From a virus (taxonomy: Duplodnaviria; Heunggongvirae; Uroviricota; Caudoviricetes), in the IMG/VR virus record IMGVR_UViG_3300028591_000125: a stretch of DNA of 47,977 nt; one strand, written 5' to 3'. The notes beneath the pieces are model-generated. The model was not told where the DNA came from, searched no databases, and was given only the letters and a program-made list of their open reading frames with translations. Positions 1 through 8,022 of this stretch are shown piece by piece. A program made the position numbers and the translations under genes. Within the stretch, counting starts at the first letter, position 1, and every line of letters begins with the position of its first letter.

Positions 1-504
1 ATTACTGACCCATGTTATATATCTAAAGATAAAGATTGGGGAAGAGGAGAGATATTTGATTGGGAAAATTGTCGTATTAATTCACCTATTTTCACTAACT
101 ACCTTTGGCTTGATGGTATGCCTGAGGTTGTTTCTGATGTTGTACAGGTGAGAAGGAGTTTGAATGAGGTAGGCCTTATTAATCTTTTAAACGATCATGT
201 CCAGGCTTTAAAAAACTATGGAGAAGCTTTAGAAGAAGATTTTGATAAAGCTGAAAGTGATCTTAGATGTATTGAAGATAAGGTTATGACAATTGGATCT
301 TTTACTACTGATGCAGGATGTATTGGAGTATTTCTATTGAATGAAGTACTTAAATATAATCCTGGTTTTGAAACTGAACTCTGTAATAAAAAATGTTATA
401 CAATTATTAATGACTTTACCGGGAGAATTATAGTACATGATGATATTGAAGGTGAAAGCCAACATATACTAGGTCTCGGTAATAAAACTTTTTATTCAAT
501 ATAA
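1..504 (+). CDS. 5'-truncated phage hypothetical protein (DPCY...DAGCIGV family)
   Basis: The frame of the 118..504 ORF is open back to base 1 (ITDPCYISKDKDWGRGDIFDWENC...), so the real start lies upstream of the window. It carries DPCY and FTTDAGCIGVF motifs. Confidence 0.7.
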   Translation: MTDPCYISKDKDWGRGEIFDWENCRINSPIFTNYLWLDGMPEVVSDVVQVRRSLNEVGLINLLNDHVQALKNYGEALEEDFDKAESDLRCIEDKVMTIGSFTTDAGCIGVFLLNEVLKYNPGFETELCNKKCYTIINDFTGRIIVHDDIEGESQHILGLGNKTFYSI

Positions 505-552
505 TAATCAAAATGAATAACGGATTTGATTATTATAGTATTGTAAGAAAAT

Positions 553-999
553 ATGACTGATAAAGTAGTAAAAATATTAAACAAATCAAACAATCCTAAT
601 CCTGAATACGCTCATGAAACTGATTCAGGTGTGGATATTAGAGCGTTCCTTGATAAACCTCTTGTGCTAGAACCTGGGGAAAGATATGCTGTTCCAACAG
701 GAATTTATGTAGAATTGCCTGAGAATTTTGAAATTCAAGTTCGTCCTAGATCCGGCTTAGCACTAAAGAAAGGAATTACTGTACTTAATTCTCCGGGTAC
801 TATAGATCAAACTTATAGAGGAGAAATTAAAGTTATTCTGATCAATCTCGATAAGAATAGACAAATTATAGAACCTGGTGAAAGAATAGCTCAACTCGTT
901 TTTGCTACTGTAGAAAAGATTAAATTTGAAAATGTTGATGAAATCTCTGAAGATACTGATAGAGGTACTACAGGATTTGGAGATTCAGGAAGATTTTAA
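553..999 (+). CDS. dut: Trimeric dUTP diphosphatase
   Basis: All five dUTPase motifs are present: SGVDI, RPRSG, GTIDQTYRGEI, RIAQL, RGTTGFGDSG. Confidence 0.97.
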   Translation: MTDKVVKILNKSNNPNPEYAHETDSGVDIRAFLDKPLVLEPGERYAVPTGIYVELPENFEIQVRPRSGLALKKGITVLNSPGTIDQTYRGEIKVILINLDKNRQIIEPGERIAQLVFATVEKIKFENVDEISEDTDRGTTGFGDSGRF

Positions 1000-1007
1000 A
1001 TTAAAAT

Positions 1008-1364
1008 ATGGAAACAAAAGAATCGTATATTAGTGTAATTAATTCGTCTGATGAAGTTTGGGAAGGATCTTTAAAAGCTATCTCTGAGGATGGTGAACTT
1101 CTTCTCGCTTATAAAAATACAAACGTTGATTTAGAAATTACTGATAAAGAAATTTTGTATCAGGTTATAGTTAAGAGACTCTATAATGAGGATAGTAAAA
1201 GAAGATATACAATTTTCCTTACTACTTCGGAAAAATCTTATGTTCTTAGTAGAGTCCCCATCGATTATGTGAAAAATGAATTAATTACTGATCTTGAAAA
1301 TCTTGAGGTTAGTGAGAAAATATTAGCAAATTTTTGTCAAATAGTTAAGGATATAGAAGAATGA
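1008..1364 (+). CDS. Acidic hypothetical protein, translationally coupled to the actin-like ATPase
   Basis: 118-aa ORF with an ATGA overlap with the next gene; no recognised motif. Confidence 0.75.
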   Translation: METKESYISVINSSDEVWEGSLKAISEDGELLLAYKNTNVDLEITDKEILYQVIVKRLYNEDSKRRYTIFLTTSEKSYVLSRVPIDYVKNELITDLENLEVSEKILANFCQIVKDIEE

Positions 1365-2365
1365 GATTATTAGCTATAGATTTAGGTTACTCTAGCGTTA
1401 AGGTGGCTTATTATAACGACGCTGGAGCTTTACAATTAGAAAAATTTATTAGTGCAGTTGCGAAAATAGATGATCCTATGGAAATCGACGATGATATTAT
1501 GTTTAAATTAGGCGTCGATACTTATGTCCTCGGTGAAAGCGCTCTTAAAGTATCTAGATCATCATTACTCCCTTTGGAAACTTTTGATGATATGAAAGCA
1601 GCTTACCCCGTCTGGATTTCTTATTTACTTAAACGTTATGGAGGCTCTGATAGTTTCGATAAGGTTGTGATTGGTCTTTCTCTGGCTTTCTCTAATAGAA
1701 CAGATGAACTACTAGAACACCTTTATCAAACTCTTATGATACCTATAGAAACTGATTACTTTATGTGTCTTCCTCAAGGTCTCTCCTGTAAACTCGCCTA
1801 TTCAAATTACGGCCTTAATATACGGTCAGAATCTCATAGCTCAACCAAATTAATGAACTATATTGTGGTTGATGGAGGATTTTTGACCGTTGATATGTGT
1901 GCCGTAGTTGCTTCAGGCAGTTCTTCAGGGAGCGCTATAGGAATTCCAAACACAGGAGTAATTAATATAGCTTATGACGTTGTAGATTACCTGTTTAGAG
2001 AATATCAGTTTAAGGTTTCTGTAAAAGAAGCTCAACAAATTATAGACTCAAACGGAATTTTTACAAGAAGAGCTAGAAAATACGATATCTCAGGCCCTCT
2101 TAAAGACTTCACTAAAAAATATCTTAGTAATGTCTTAGGTCTACTCGAAGAAAAATACTCTGAATTTCTTGATGTTATTGATGGTGTTGTTATTCTTGGT
2201 GGCTTGGCTTATATATTCCAACGCTACCTTGATGACCCTGATGTAGTAGCTGAAATAGAAAAACACTTCGACGTCTCATTCCTATCTTTCCCTCCTGACC
2301 TTAGCGAATATTATAACAGCTATTCATATTTAAAGGCAGCTGAGAAACTTTTAAATAATAACTAA
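1361..2365 (+). CDS. Actin-like ATPase (ParM/StbA/Alp type)
   Basis: Phosphate-1 LLAIDLGYSSVKV, phosphate-2 IVVDGGFLTVD and adenosine VVILGGLAY motifs; 334 aa. Confidence 0.85.
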   Translation: MRLLAIDLGYSSVKVAYYNDAGALQLEKFISAVAKIDDPMEIDDDIMFKLGVDTYVLGESALKVSRSSLLPLETFDDMKAAYPVWISYLLKRYGGSDSFDKVVIGLSLAFSNRTDELLEHLYQTLMIPIETDYFMCLPQGLSCKLAYSNYGLNIRSESHSSTKLMNYIVVDGGFLTVDMCAVVASGSSSGSAIGIPNTGVINIAYDVVDYLFREYQFKVSVKEAQQIIDSNGIFTRRARKYDISGPLKDFTKKYLSNVLGLLEEKYSEFLDVIDGVVILGGLAYIFQRYLDDPDVVAEIEKHFDVSFLSFPPDLSEYYNSYSYLKAAEKLLNNN

Positions 2366-2369
2366 AGAT

Positions 2370-3065
2370 ATGAGTGAATTTTATGGACAAGCTTGGATCT
2401 CTGGAGATAGCTTGGTTCAGGAAATAATTACTTTCAATAGTTCTACTAGAGATACTACAACTACAACTAAAGTAATTGTGGCTAATATTTGGGACTGTCT
2501 GTTGGATGCAGGTCAGGAAGAAAATAGTATTCCATCTTCAACAACTCCAGCTACCGATGATTATCCCGATCCTGAACATAATAAATACTATGTCGTTTTC
2601 TCCGACGGTCTAAGTAAACAAAAGCCGTTCTTCTTCTGGAAAGTAAAACAAACACCTATAGAAGAAGGAGCTAGCCCTATTTGGATTACTTTTGCATGCC
2701 CTGAACCAAAACCAGGACTATTTATCCCTCCTTATGATCTTGAGACTGAATATACTGAATATCAAGATGAATCGGGAAAAACTTATAACAGCACCTATCC
2801 TTATCCTAATTACTGGATTAAAAAACTAAAAGCCGCTTCTGATAATTACCAAAACTCAAGTATAATTCAAAGAGGTACCGTAGTTTTTGATGGATGCAGT
2901 TATATTGGTCCTAGAACTCCTGGAACAAACACCACAGATCCAGAAACAGGTATTATTACTACAGATGATCCAAATATTTATTCCGATCCTAATGCAAAAG
3001 TGGATCCCTATACTTTTGAAAATGATGACTTGGGAGATATTACTAACCTCCTAAGACTGTTTTAA
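2370..3065 (+). CDS. Hypothetical protein, Pro/Thr/Asp-rich
   Basis: 231-aa ORF starting 4 nt after the ATPase stop and followed by a terminator. Confidence 0.75.
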   Translation: MSEFYGQAWISGDSLVQEIITFNSSTRDTTTTTKVIVANIWDCLLDAGQEENSIPSSTTPATDDYPDPEHNKYYVVFSDGLSKQKPFFFWKVKQTPIEEGASPIWITFACPEPKPGLFIPPYDLETEYTEYQDESGKTYNSTYPYPNYWIKKLKAASDNYQNSSIIQRGTVVFDGCSYIGPRTPGTNTTDPETGIITTDDPNIYSDPNAKVDPYTFENDDLGDITNLLRLF

Positions 3066-3071
3066 AATAAT

Positions 3072-3102
3072 CCTCCTGGTTTTTACTGGGAGGTTTTATT
3101 TT
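3072..3102 (+). terminator. Intrinsic terminator
   Basis: Stem cctcctgg/ctgggagg followed by ttttatttt. Confidence 0.75.
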
Positions 3103-3112
3103 CCTTATATAT
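3103..3112 (+). promoter_or_regulatory. CCTTATATAT motif, putative phage promoter element
   Basis: Lies 2 nt before the ATG at 3115; the motif recurs at 8 other unit-start positions. Confidence 0.6.
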
Positions 3113-3114
3113 AT

Positions 3115-3504
3115 ATGAACTTAGAAGAAAAATTAAAGAAATTACCAGGAAGCATAGAATATAAGATTACTAACTATGCTAATAATGAATTTGATGCTGA
3201 AAACGATGGAATTTGGTCCTTTAATATGGGGGAGTATTTTCTAGATATTACAAAAAATAAGAATAATCAGTTTGTTGTATCTTATAATTACTACAATCCA
3301 TATGAAGGTGGTATTGAAACATCTTTACCAGCTAAACCAGATGATGTAATTAAAGAAGATGTAGAATCAGATTTTGGACCCACTAACTTTTGGGCCATAT
3401 CTAATTCTTATGTATTTGATCAAGACTTAGCTACAGGAGATACACTAGAAGAAGCTGTTGATAAAGTTCTTAATTGGCTTAATAAAAATGGACTTATCGA
3501 TTAA
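3115..3504 (+). CDS. Acidic hypothetical protein
   Basis: 129-aa ORF preceded by the CCTTATATAT motif. Confidence 0.75.
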   Translation: MNLEEKLKKLPGSIEYKITNYANNEFDAENDGIWSFNMGEYFLDITKNKNNQFVVSYNYYNPYEGGIETSLPAKPDDVIKEDVESDFGPTNFWAISNSYVFDQDLATGDTLEEAVDKVLNWLNKNGLID

Positions 3505-3523
3505 AAAAAATAGATAGATTGGA

Positions 3524-3817
3524 TTACTCCTTTCTATCTTTTATTTCGTATTTGTATAATAACTCAACACTAGTAGTCATATATATACTACTAAGATGTC
3601 TGTATAAAAAATCATCCCAATCTGTAATTTCTCCTTTTAAGTTAAGACTTCTCTTTACACTACAAATTTCATATACATAATAAGAGCCCTTTAATATATT
3701 CTTAGAGAGCTTCTTTTTTATTAAAACAATTGGATGTCGATGATATAATACTCTAAATTCTTCTAGGATAGCTAAAACACTAATCTCTTTATTTATCCTA
3801 TATAAATATACTACCAT
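3524..3817 (-). CDS. Small basic paralogue-family protein (KKLSK motif)
   Basis: IVLIKKKLSKNIL; preceded by the motif variant CCTTATTAAT. Confidence 0.7.
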   Translation of the reverse strand: MVVYLYRINKEISVLAILEEFRVLYHRHPIVLIKKKLSKNILKGSYYVYEICSVKRSLNLKGEITDWDDFLYRHLSSIYMTTSVELLYKYEIKDRKE

Positions 3818-3820
3818 ACT

Positions 3821-3850
3821 ATTAATAAGGCCTTGAAACCCTTATATATG
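3821..3850. promoter_or_regulatory. Divergent pair of CCTTAT(A/T)(T/A)AT motifs
   Basis: attaataagg (3821-3830, minus orientation) and ccttatatatg (3840-3850, plus orientation). Confidence 0.55.
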
Positions 3851-3888
3851 AAGTTAACTTACTTCATGAGTTCAATATTGATTTTGTT

Positions 3889-3922
3889 AAAAGGAGTATC
3901 ATAATTGTGCTCCTTTTATTTT
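3889..3922 (+). terminator. Intrinsic terminator
   Basis: aaaaggag...ctcctttt stem followed by a T-rich tail. Confidence 0.65.
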
Positions 3923-3932
3923 CCTCTCAATT

Positions 3933-3943
3933 CCTTATATATG
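3933..3943 (+). promoter_or_regulatory. CCTTATATAT motif
   Basis: ttccttatatatg immediately after the 3889 terminator. Confidence 0.55.
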
Positions 3944-3978
3944 TTAGATCTTCATTTATTTAGTTTTGTGAAGGATTA

Positions 3979-4007
3979 GGTGCCTCTTGTAGGTGCCTTT
4001 TCTTTTT
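3979..4007 (+). terminator. Intrinsic terminator
   Basis: ggtgcct-cttgt-aggtgcc stem (two G-U pairs) followed by ttttcttttt. Confidence 0.6.
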
Positions 4008-4027
4008 GCAAAATAAAAAAGAAGATA

Positions 4028-4330
4028 TTAAATCTTCTCTAACCCTATAACCTCTATATTAAAACTAGCAGTTTTAAGATAACCTAAACCTATAAAATGA
4101 CTCAATGTATTTTTTACAATTATATCTTCTGTATTCTTATAGGACTTATTAAGATATTTTGCAGTCTCTTGCCCTAAAACAAAACTACAACAAGGTATCG
4201 TGTTTATAATCTTTTTACTTATTTTTTTATGCCTTAACTTAAAAACTTTCACCCTCCATTTTATAAGATTAAAACAGATTAAAAAACAACACTTATTTAT
4301 ACTATCCTTTACTAGATATCTAAACTTCAT
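4028..4330 (-). CDS. Small basic paralogue-family protein
   Basis: LRHKKISKKII motif; C-terminus IEVIGLEKI; overlaps the upstream gene. Confidence 0.75.
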   Translation of the reverse strand: MKFRYLVKDSINKCCFLICFNLIKWRVKVFKLRHKKISKKIINTIPCCSFVLGQETAKYLNKSYKNTEDIIVKNTLSHFIGLGYLKTASFNIEVIGLEKI

Positions 4331-4646
4331 GAAAACTGAGAATTTCTATATTAGGGTTAGGGTTATTATCGTAGTAAGTATTCTCAAGTATATCTATATA
4401 ATAACATATCATATTTTTTAGATTCAAAGGATTATCGCTGTAACCGTGCCTTGTCTTTAAAAGAAAAGAATTAAAATAATCGGACGACCTATACTGTACA
4501 AATATTCGTTTAATAACCCTATCACTTATTTTTTTATGATGCTTTAATTTAATAACCTTTACAATCCGAGACACAAAATAAAATTCAATTACATAACAAG
4601 ATCTATACCTAAAATTCCTAACTAAATACCTAATACTTTTCTTCAA
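4320..4646 (-). CDS. Small basic paralogue-family protein
   Basis: LKHHKKISDRVI motif; C-terminus IEILSFHEV. Confidence 0.75.
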   Translation of the reverse strand: MKKSIRYLVRNFRYRSCYVIEFYFVSRIVKVIKLKHHKKISDRVIKRIFVQYRSSDYFNSFLLKTRHGYSDNPLNLKNMICYYIDILENTYYDNNPNPNIEILSFHEV

Positions 4647-4947
4647 TTTTTAAGATCTCTACTTCAGAATGTGGTAAATTATACATCGGCCGTAACTCTA
4701 TAAGATCTATATAATACCGTAACGCCTCCCCTAACTTACTATGACTACAATATCTAGGAAGCGTAAGATATTTATGTCGGGATTCAAGTATAAATATAGG
4801 ACGAATAGAATAGTTCCTGATAAAATTAATACTTACCTTCTTGTGTATTAGTTTCACCGTCTTTATATATTTACTACTCTCATCTATATAAATCGCATAA
4901 AACCTAAAACCTTCTCTGACTATATATAACCACTCTCTCATAAACAT
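4630..4947 (-). CDS. Small basic paralogue-family protein, first gene of the leftward array
   Basis: LIHKKVSINFI motif. The CCTTATATATG motif (4945-4955, minus) overlaps the annotated start, so the true start may be the ATG at 4941. Confidence 0.75.
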   Translation of the reverse strand: MFMREWLYIVREGFRFYAIYIDESSKYIKTVKLIHKKVSINFIRNYSIRPIFILESRHKYLTLPRYCSHSKLGEALRYYIDLIELRPMYNLPHSEVEILKIEEKY

Positions 4948-5007
4948 ATATAAGGAAATTAAAAAAACACTTAGGAGCTTCCCAGAGTAATAGATGCTTT
5001 GTAGATA

Positions 5008-5370
5008 TAAGACTAGAAACGGATTTTAAATAAATATGGACCGAGTGAAACGAGGGACATTTTTAGGTAAATTGAAAGGAAGTCTTAGAAAGTGAGTGGA
5101 ATTCTGTGAGCGAAGCGAATAGAATGAAGCGAACCTCAAAGCAGAAAAAAGAGTGAAATGTAGTGAAGACGGAATGAAATGAAGTCGAAACGAAATGGAA
5201 CGTTGAGGTTTTCTGAGCAAAGCGAAGTAAAACCGAATAGAATGGGAATAGAAATGAAGTGCAGTGAAGTCGTAACGAAGTGAAGACGAAACGGAACGAA
5301 ATGATAAAATGAACTGAAAGAAATGAAGTGAAGACGTAATGAAATGAAGTCGAATTGAATGAAACGATAA
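5008..5370 (+). repeat. Purine-rich degenerate pentamer (YGAAR-like) region; copy A of a long imperfect inverted repeat
   Basis: taagactagaaacggattttaaa...gaaatgaagtcgaa aligns with the reverse complement of 47623-47977; units such as GAAAT, GAAGT and GAAAC recur with ~5-nt spacing. Confidence 0.9.
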
Positions 5371-5400
5371 TTAAAGAGAAAGAAAAAGGAGAGTAGTTTA

Positions 5401-5484
5401 GGGCGGGAAATTTTAAACCGAGAGAATTAGGCTTTACATCATCATCCCCCAAGCCTTAAGAATAGGTTTAATATATTTCCGCCC
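5401..5484. other. Extended imperfect palindrome (hairpin or cruciform)
   Basis: Nested arms gggcgg(g)aaat/atttccgccc, ttaaacc/ggtttaa and aggctt/aagcct. Confidence 0.55.
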
Positions 5485-5494
5485 ATTCTCTAAG

Positions 5495-5505
5495 CCTAAT
5501 ATATG
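5495..5505 (+). promoter_or_regulatory. CCTAATATAT variant of the promoter motif
   Basis: 3 nt upstream of the ATG at 5508, the first gene of the rightward array. Confidence 0.55.
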
Positions 5506-5507
5506 AG

Positions 5508-5759
5508 ATGGTTTATTTGATTTATTTTAGGAGTGGATTAATATTGTGTCAGTATTCTAGGGGGTTGTGGATAGAATTACGGCCGGCTAGGAGAATAAGA
5601 ATTTACAAGAAACTAGGGAAAAGAATGATAGAGAAGATGGCCGATGTGAAATTATATCCGTCTCAATTAAACGAGGAGAAGATTTTAGGTACATTAGTGA
5701 CGTGTTGTGGGTATAAGAGAGAAGATATAATAAGAGTTTTAGGAGTTCAATTAAGATGA
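5508..5759 (+). CDS. Small basic paralogue-family protein
   Basis: RIYKKLGKRMI motif; ATGA-coupled to the next gene. Confidence 0.75.
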   Translation: MVYLIYFRSGLILCQYSRGLWIELRPARRIRIYKKLGKRMIEKMADVKLYPSQLNEEKILGTLVTCCGYKREDIIRVLGVQLR

Positions 5760-6007
5760 AAATATACCTGATTTATGCCAGAAATAGATTAGAGATAGTC
5801 ATAGTTATAGACAAGGAAAAGAATATAATTAAGGATTTCTCTTTTTACACTAAGATCCGGAAGAAGATTAGTAGAAATTTTATAATGAAGGTATCTAAGA
5901 ATTTTAAAACATATACCACAGAAACGATAATAACGGCCGAGAGTATTAAGGAGTTGTTATGGGGGTGTGGAGTTAAGGCTAAGACATTTCGTATAATAGA
6001 GTTATGA
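5756..6007 (+). CDS. Small basic paralogue-family protein
   Basis: KIRKKISRNFI motif. Confidence 0.75.
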   Translation: MKIYLIYARNRLEIVIVIDKEKNIIKDFSFYTKIRKKISRNFIMKVSKNFKTYTTETIITAESIKELLWGCGVKAKTFRIIEL

Positions 6008-6285
6008 GAGTTATTATTGTTCATGCCATAATACTGACTACTGAGGAGAGGCAGATTAGGTGTATTTGGAGTAATAATGCAGGTTTGGGTTATTATTTAT
6101 CTCCATTACTTAGAAAAAAATTAACTAGGAAATATGTAAAGGCTGAGCTTTCTTCTTATATTAAGAAAAAGAGCTGGGGATGTGATTTAAAAATAGACTC
6201 AGAGCTTTACGAAAAAATAAAAAGGGATATGTATGGTTTGTATAGATCAGTGAGTATAACTTCAGTTTACGAATTAGAGTTATGA
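6004..6285 (+). CDS. Small basic paralogue-family protein
   Basis: LLRKKLTRKYV motif. Confidence 0.75.
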   Translation: MRVIIVHAIILTTEERQIRCIWSNNAGLGYYLSPLLRKKLTRKYVKAELSSYIKKKSWGCDLKIDSELYEKIKRDMYGLYRSVSITSVYELEL

Positions 6286-6569
6286 GAGTTATTATTATTC
6301 ACATACTTTGTTCAGATGGGAAAGTAAGAGTTTACTTTATGTATCGTTTTTCAGGTTCTAGCAGTAGTAGTAGTATATATTGTTATAATACATTACCGAC
6401 TATACGAAAAAGAATAACCAAGAAAATAATGAGGAATTTTATTATAGTTAATGAGAAGTATAATGTAGATCTTGAAATAGGTGAGAAGCTTTATAAGAAT
6501 GTTTTCGATTCATTTTTAGGAGACTATAAAGCGGAGAGGATTTTTTATATATATGACTTAGTTTTATGA
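6282..6569 (+). CDS. Small basic paralogue-family protein
   Basis: TIRKRITKKIM motif; N-terminus MRVIIIH is nearly identical to that of the previous gene. Confidence 0.75.
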   Translation: MRVIIIHILCSDGKVRVYFMYRFSGSSSSSSIYCYNTLPTIRKRITKKIMRNFIIVNEKYNVDLEIGEKLYKNVFDSFLGDYKAERIFYIYDLVL

Positions 6570-6844
6570 GGAGGGTTGTAATTATAAAGGTCCAAGTTAT
6601 TAATACCTTCTTTACTCTTTGTATTTTTGGGGACTTACAGACGAAACAATATTTATGTTCGATGAATAGTATAAGTAACAATATTTACAAAAGACTGGGA
6701 AAGAGAAGTATAATATCTCGTATAGAAAAAGTAAATAAATATAATAAAGAGTTAGAAAAAATTAATTGTAAAAATAGTATAAAAGAGATAAAAAACTTTC
6801 TTAGTGGATATAAAATACTAAACATATATGAACAATATATCTAA
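6566..6844 (+). CDS. Small basic paralogue-family protein
   Basis: NIYKRLGKRSI motif. Confidence 0.75.
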   Translation: MRRVVIIKVQVINTFFTLCIFGDLQTKQYLCSMNSISNNIYKRLGKRSIISRIEKVNKYNKELEKINCKNSIKEIKNFLSGYKILNIYEQYI

Positions 6845-7129
6845 AAAAGTAAGAGTAGTTATTGTTTTTGCTGAAAAAGAGAGTGCTTATATTGTTATAT
6901 GTATTTATGGTGAAGTGAGGGAATATTATTATGCTTTGTTTTCACGTTTTAATAAATTCATAATACATAAAAAACCAGGAAGAAGGAGTATAAAAAATTA
7001 TTACTGAAAAAAGTTAGTCCAGAAAACTTACAGCACGCTAATTGTCCAAATAGTCTTGAATATATAAAATACTTTTTCAAGAGGAAGAAGGAGATGAATA
7101 TATTAAGGATTTATGAAAAAGAAGTATAA
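6828..7129 (+). pseudogene. Frameshifted paralogue-family gene missed by the ORF track
   Basis: ATG at 6828 reads MNNISKKVRVVIVF...IIHKKPGRRSIKNYY to TGA at 7005-7007. The -1 frame from the A6 run near 6992-6997 continues KKLLLKKVSPENLQHANCPNSLEYIKYFFKRKKEMNILRIYEKEV to TAA at 7127-7129, which matches the C-terminus of 6566..6844. Confidence 0.7.
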
Positions 7130-7448
7130 GTTTTTCATAATATATACGGGTAGAGAAGTAATAAAGTTCTCGATAAATAGAAGCACTGAGTATTCTGGGT
7201 TTGTTATCATAAGTGGGGCTGCTGTAACTAGGGAAGTTTATGTTAAACCAAGGAAGAAAGTAAATGTATTTTGTTTATTAAAACAAGGACTACTAGGTGA
7301 CTATGGTTCATTAGACATTTTACTTCATGCATTATACCGTGTCGAGTATAATGATATTCCGGAGATAACAAGAGAAGAAGCTTTAGAAAAATTTAAGAGT
7401 CTATATTTAAAGAGAGAAGCTTATTATATATATGGACGTAATAAATGA
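7113..7448 (+). CDS. Small basic protein, probable paralogue-family member
   Basis: VKPRKKVNVF motif variant; overlaps its neighbours. Confidence 0.7.
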   Translation: MKKKYKFFIIYTGREVIKFSINRSTEYSGFVIISGAAVTREVYVKPRKKVNVFCLLKQGLLGDYGSLDILLHALYRVEYNDIPEITREEALEKFKSLYLKREAYYIYGRNK

Positions 7449-7672
7449 TAGAGTTTTATATAGTTGAAAATTTTTATGGTTTTAGATTAATTGCAAACGA
7501 TAATACTAAGAAGAAAACTTTATTATATCTTGAGATTAAAAACAAAAATAAAAAGTTTTCAAGGTATATGCTAAATAAGCTTTTAATGGAATCAGATGGG
7601 TGTTGTGACCTTGCTTATATGAGACCAGGATTTATGAATAAAATAAGAACTTGGAAAATAAAAAGGAGATAA
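7445..7672 (+). CDS. Small basic paralogue-family protein
   Basis: KNKKFSRYML motif. Confidence 0.7.
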   Translation: MIEFYIVENFYGFRLIANDNTKKKTLLYLEIKNKNKKFSRYMLNKLLMESDGCCDLAYMRPGFMNKIRTWKIKRR

Positions 7673-7687
7673 AACTCCTTTATTTTT
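7661..7687. terminator. Bidirectional intrinsic terminator
   Basis: aaaaggag-ataaaa-ctccttta with a T tract, between convergent genes. Confidence 0.65.
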
Positions 7688-7983
7688 TATTCATCTAATA
7701 TTTCTATAGAATAAATCAGTTCTTGATCGCTATTAAAAAACTCTAATGCTCCGAAATTGCTATTAACGGTAAGTAATATAGCTTTAGAATCTCCAGCCAC
7801 AGTAAAAGATATGTCACCAGGATCATAACGTACATCAAGTGTGGGAGGATAATCAAACATAATTCCCTCTTCAAAACACCAGAATATTTTTAATCCATAT
7901 TTATCAAGAAACTTATCAATCTCATCTAAATTAACTTTACTAGGATCTATAAAAATATCCCTACAAATCTTTTTAGTAAGCAT
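7687..7983 (-). CDS. Acidic hypothetical protein
   Basis: 98 aa; CCTTATATAT lies 3 nt upstream on the minus strand. Confidence 0.75.
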   Translation of the reverse strand: MLTKKICRDIFIDPSKVNLDEIDKFLDKYGLKIFWCFEEGIMFDYPPTLDVRYDPGDISFTVAGDSKAILLTVNSNFGALEFFNSDQELIYSIEILDE

Positions 7984-7985
7984 AA

Positions 7986-8021
7986 CATATATAAGGATTA
8001 CAACTAGAGACCTTATATATA
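7986..8021. promoter_or_regulatory. Divergent pair of CCTTATATAT motifs
   Basis: catatataagg (7986-7996) and ccttatatata (8011-8021), each just ahead of an ATG. Confidence 0.65.
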
Positions 8022-8022
8022 G

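Noticed and set aside
4200-4421. 73-aa plus-strand ORF, and similarly 6448..6681
   Set aside because: Antisense shadows of paralogue-family genes.
5100-5370. Possible CRISPR array in the repetitive regions
   Set aside because: There are no constant 25-45-nt repeats separated by unique spacers, only degenerate 5-nt periodicity.
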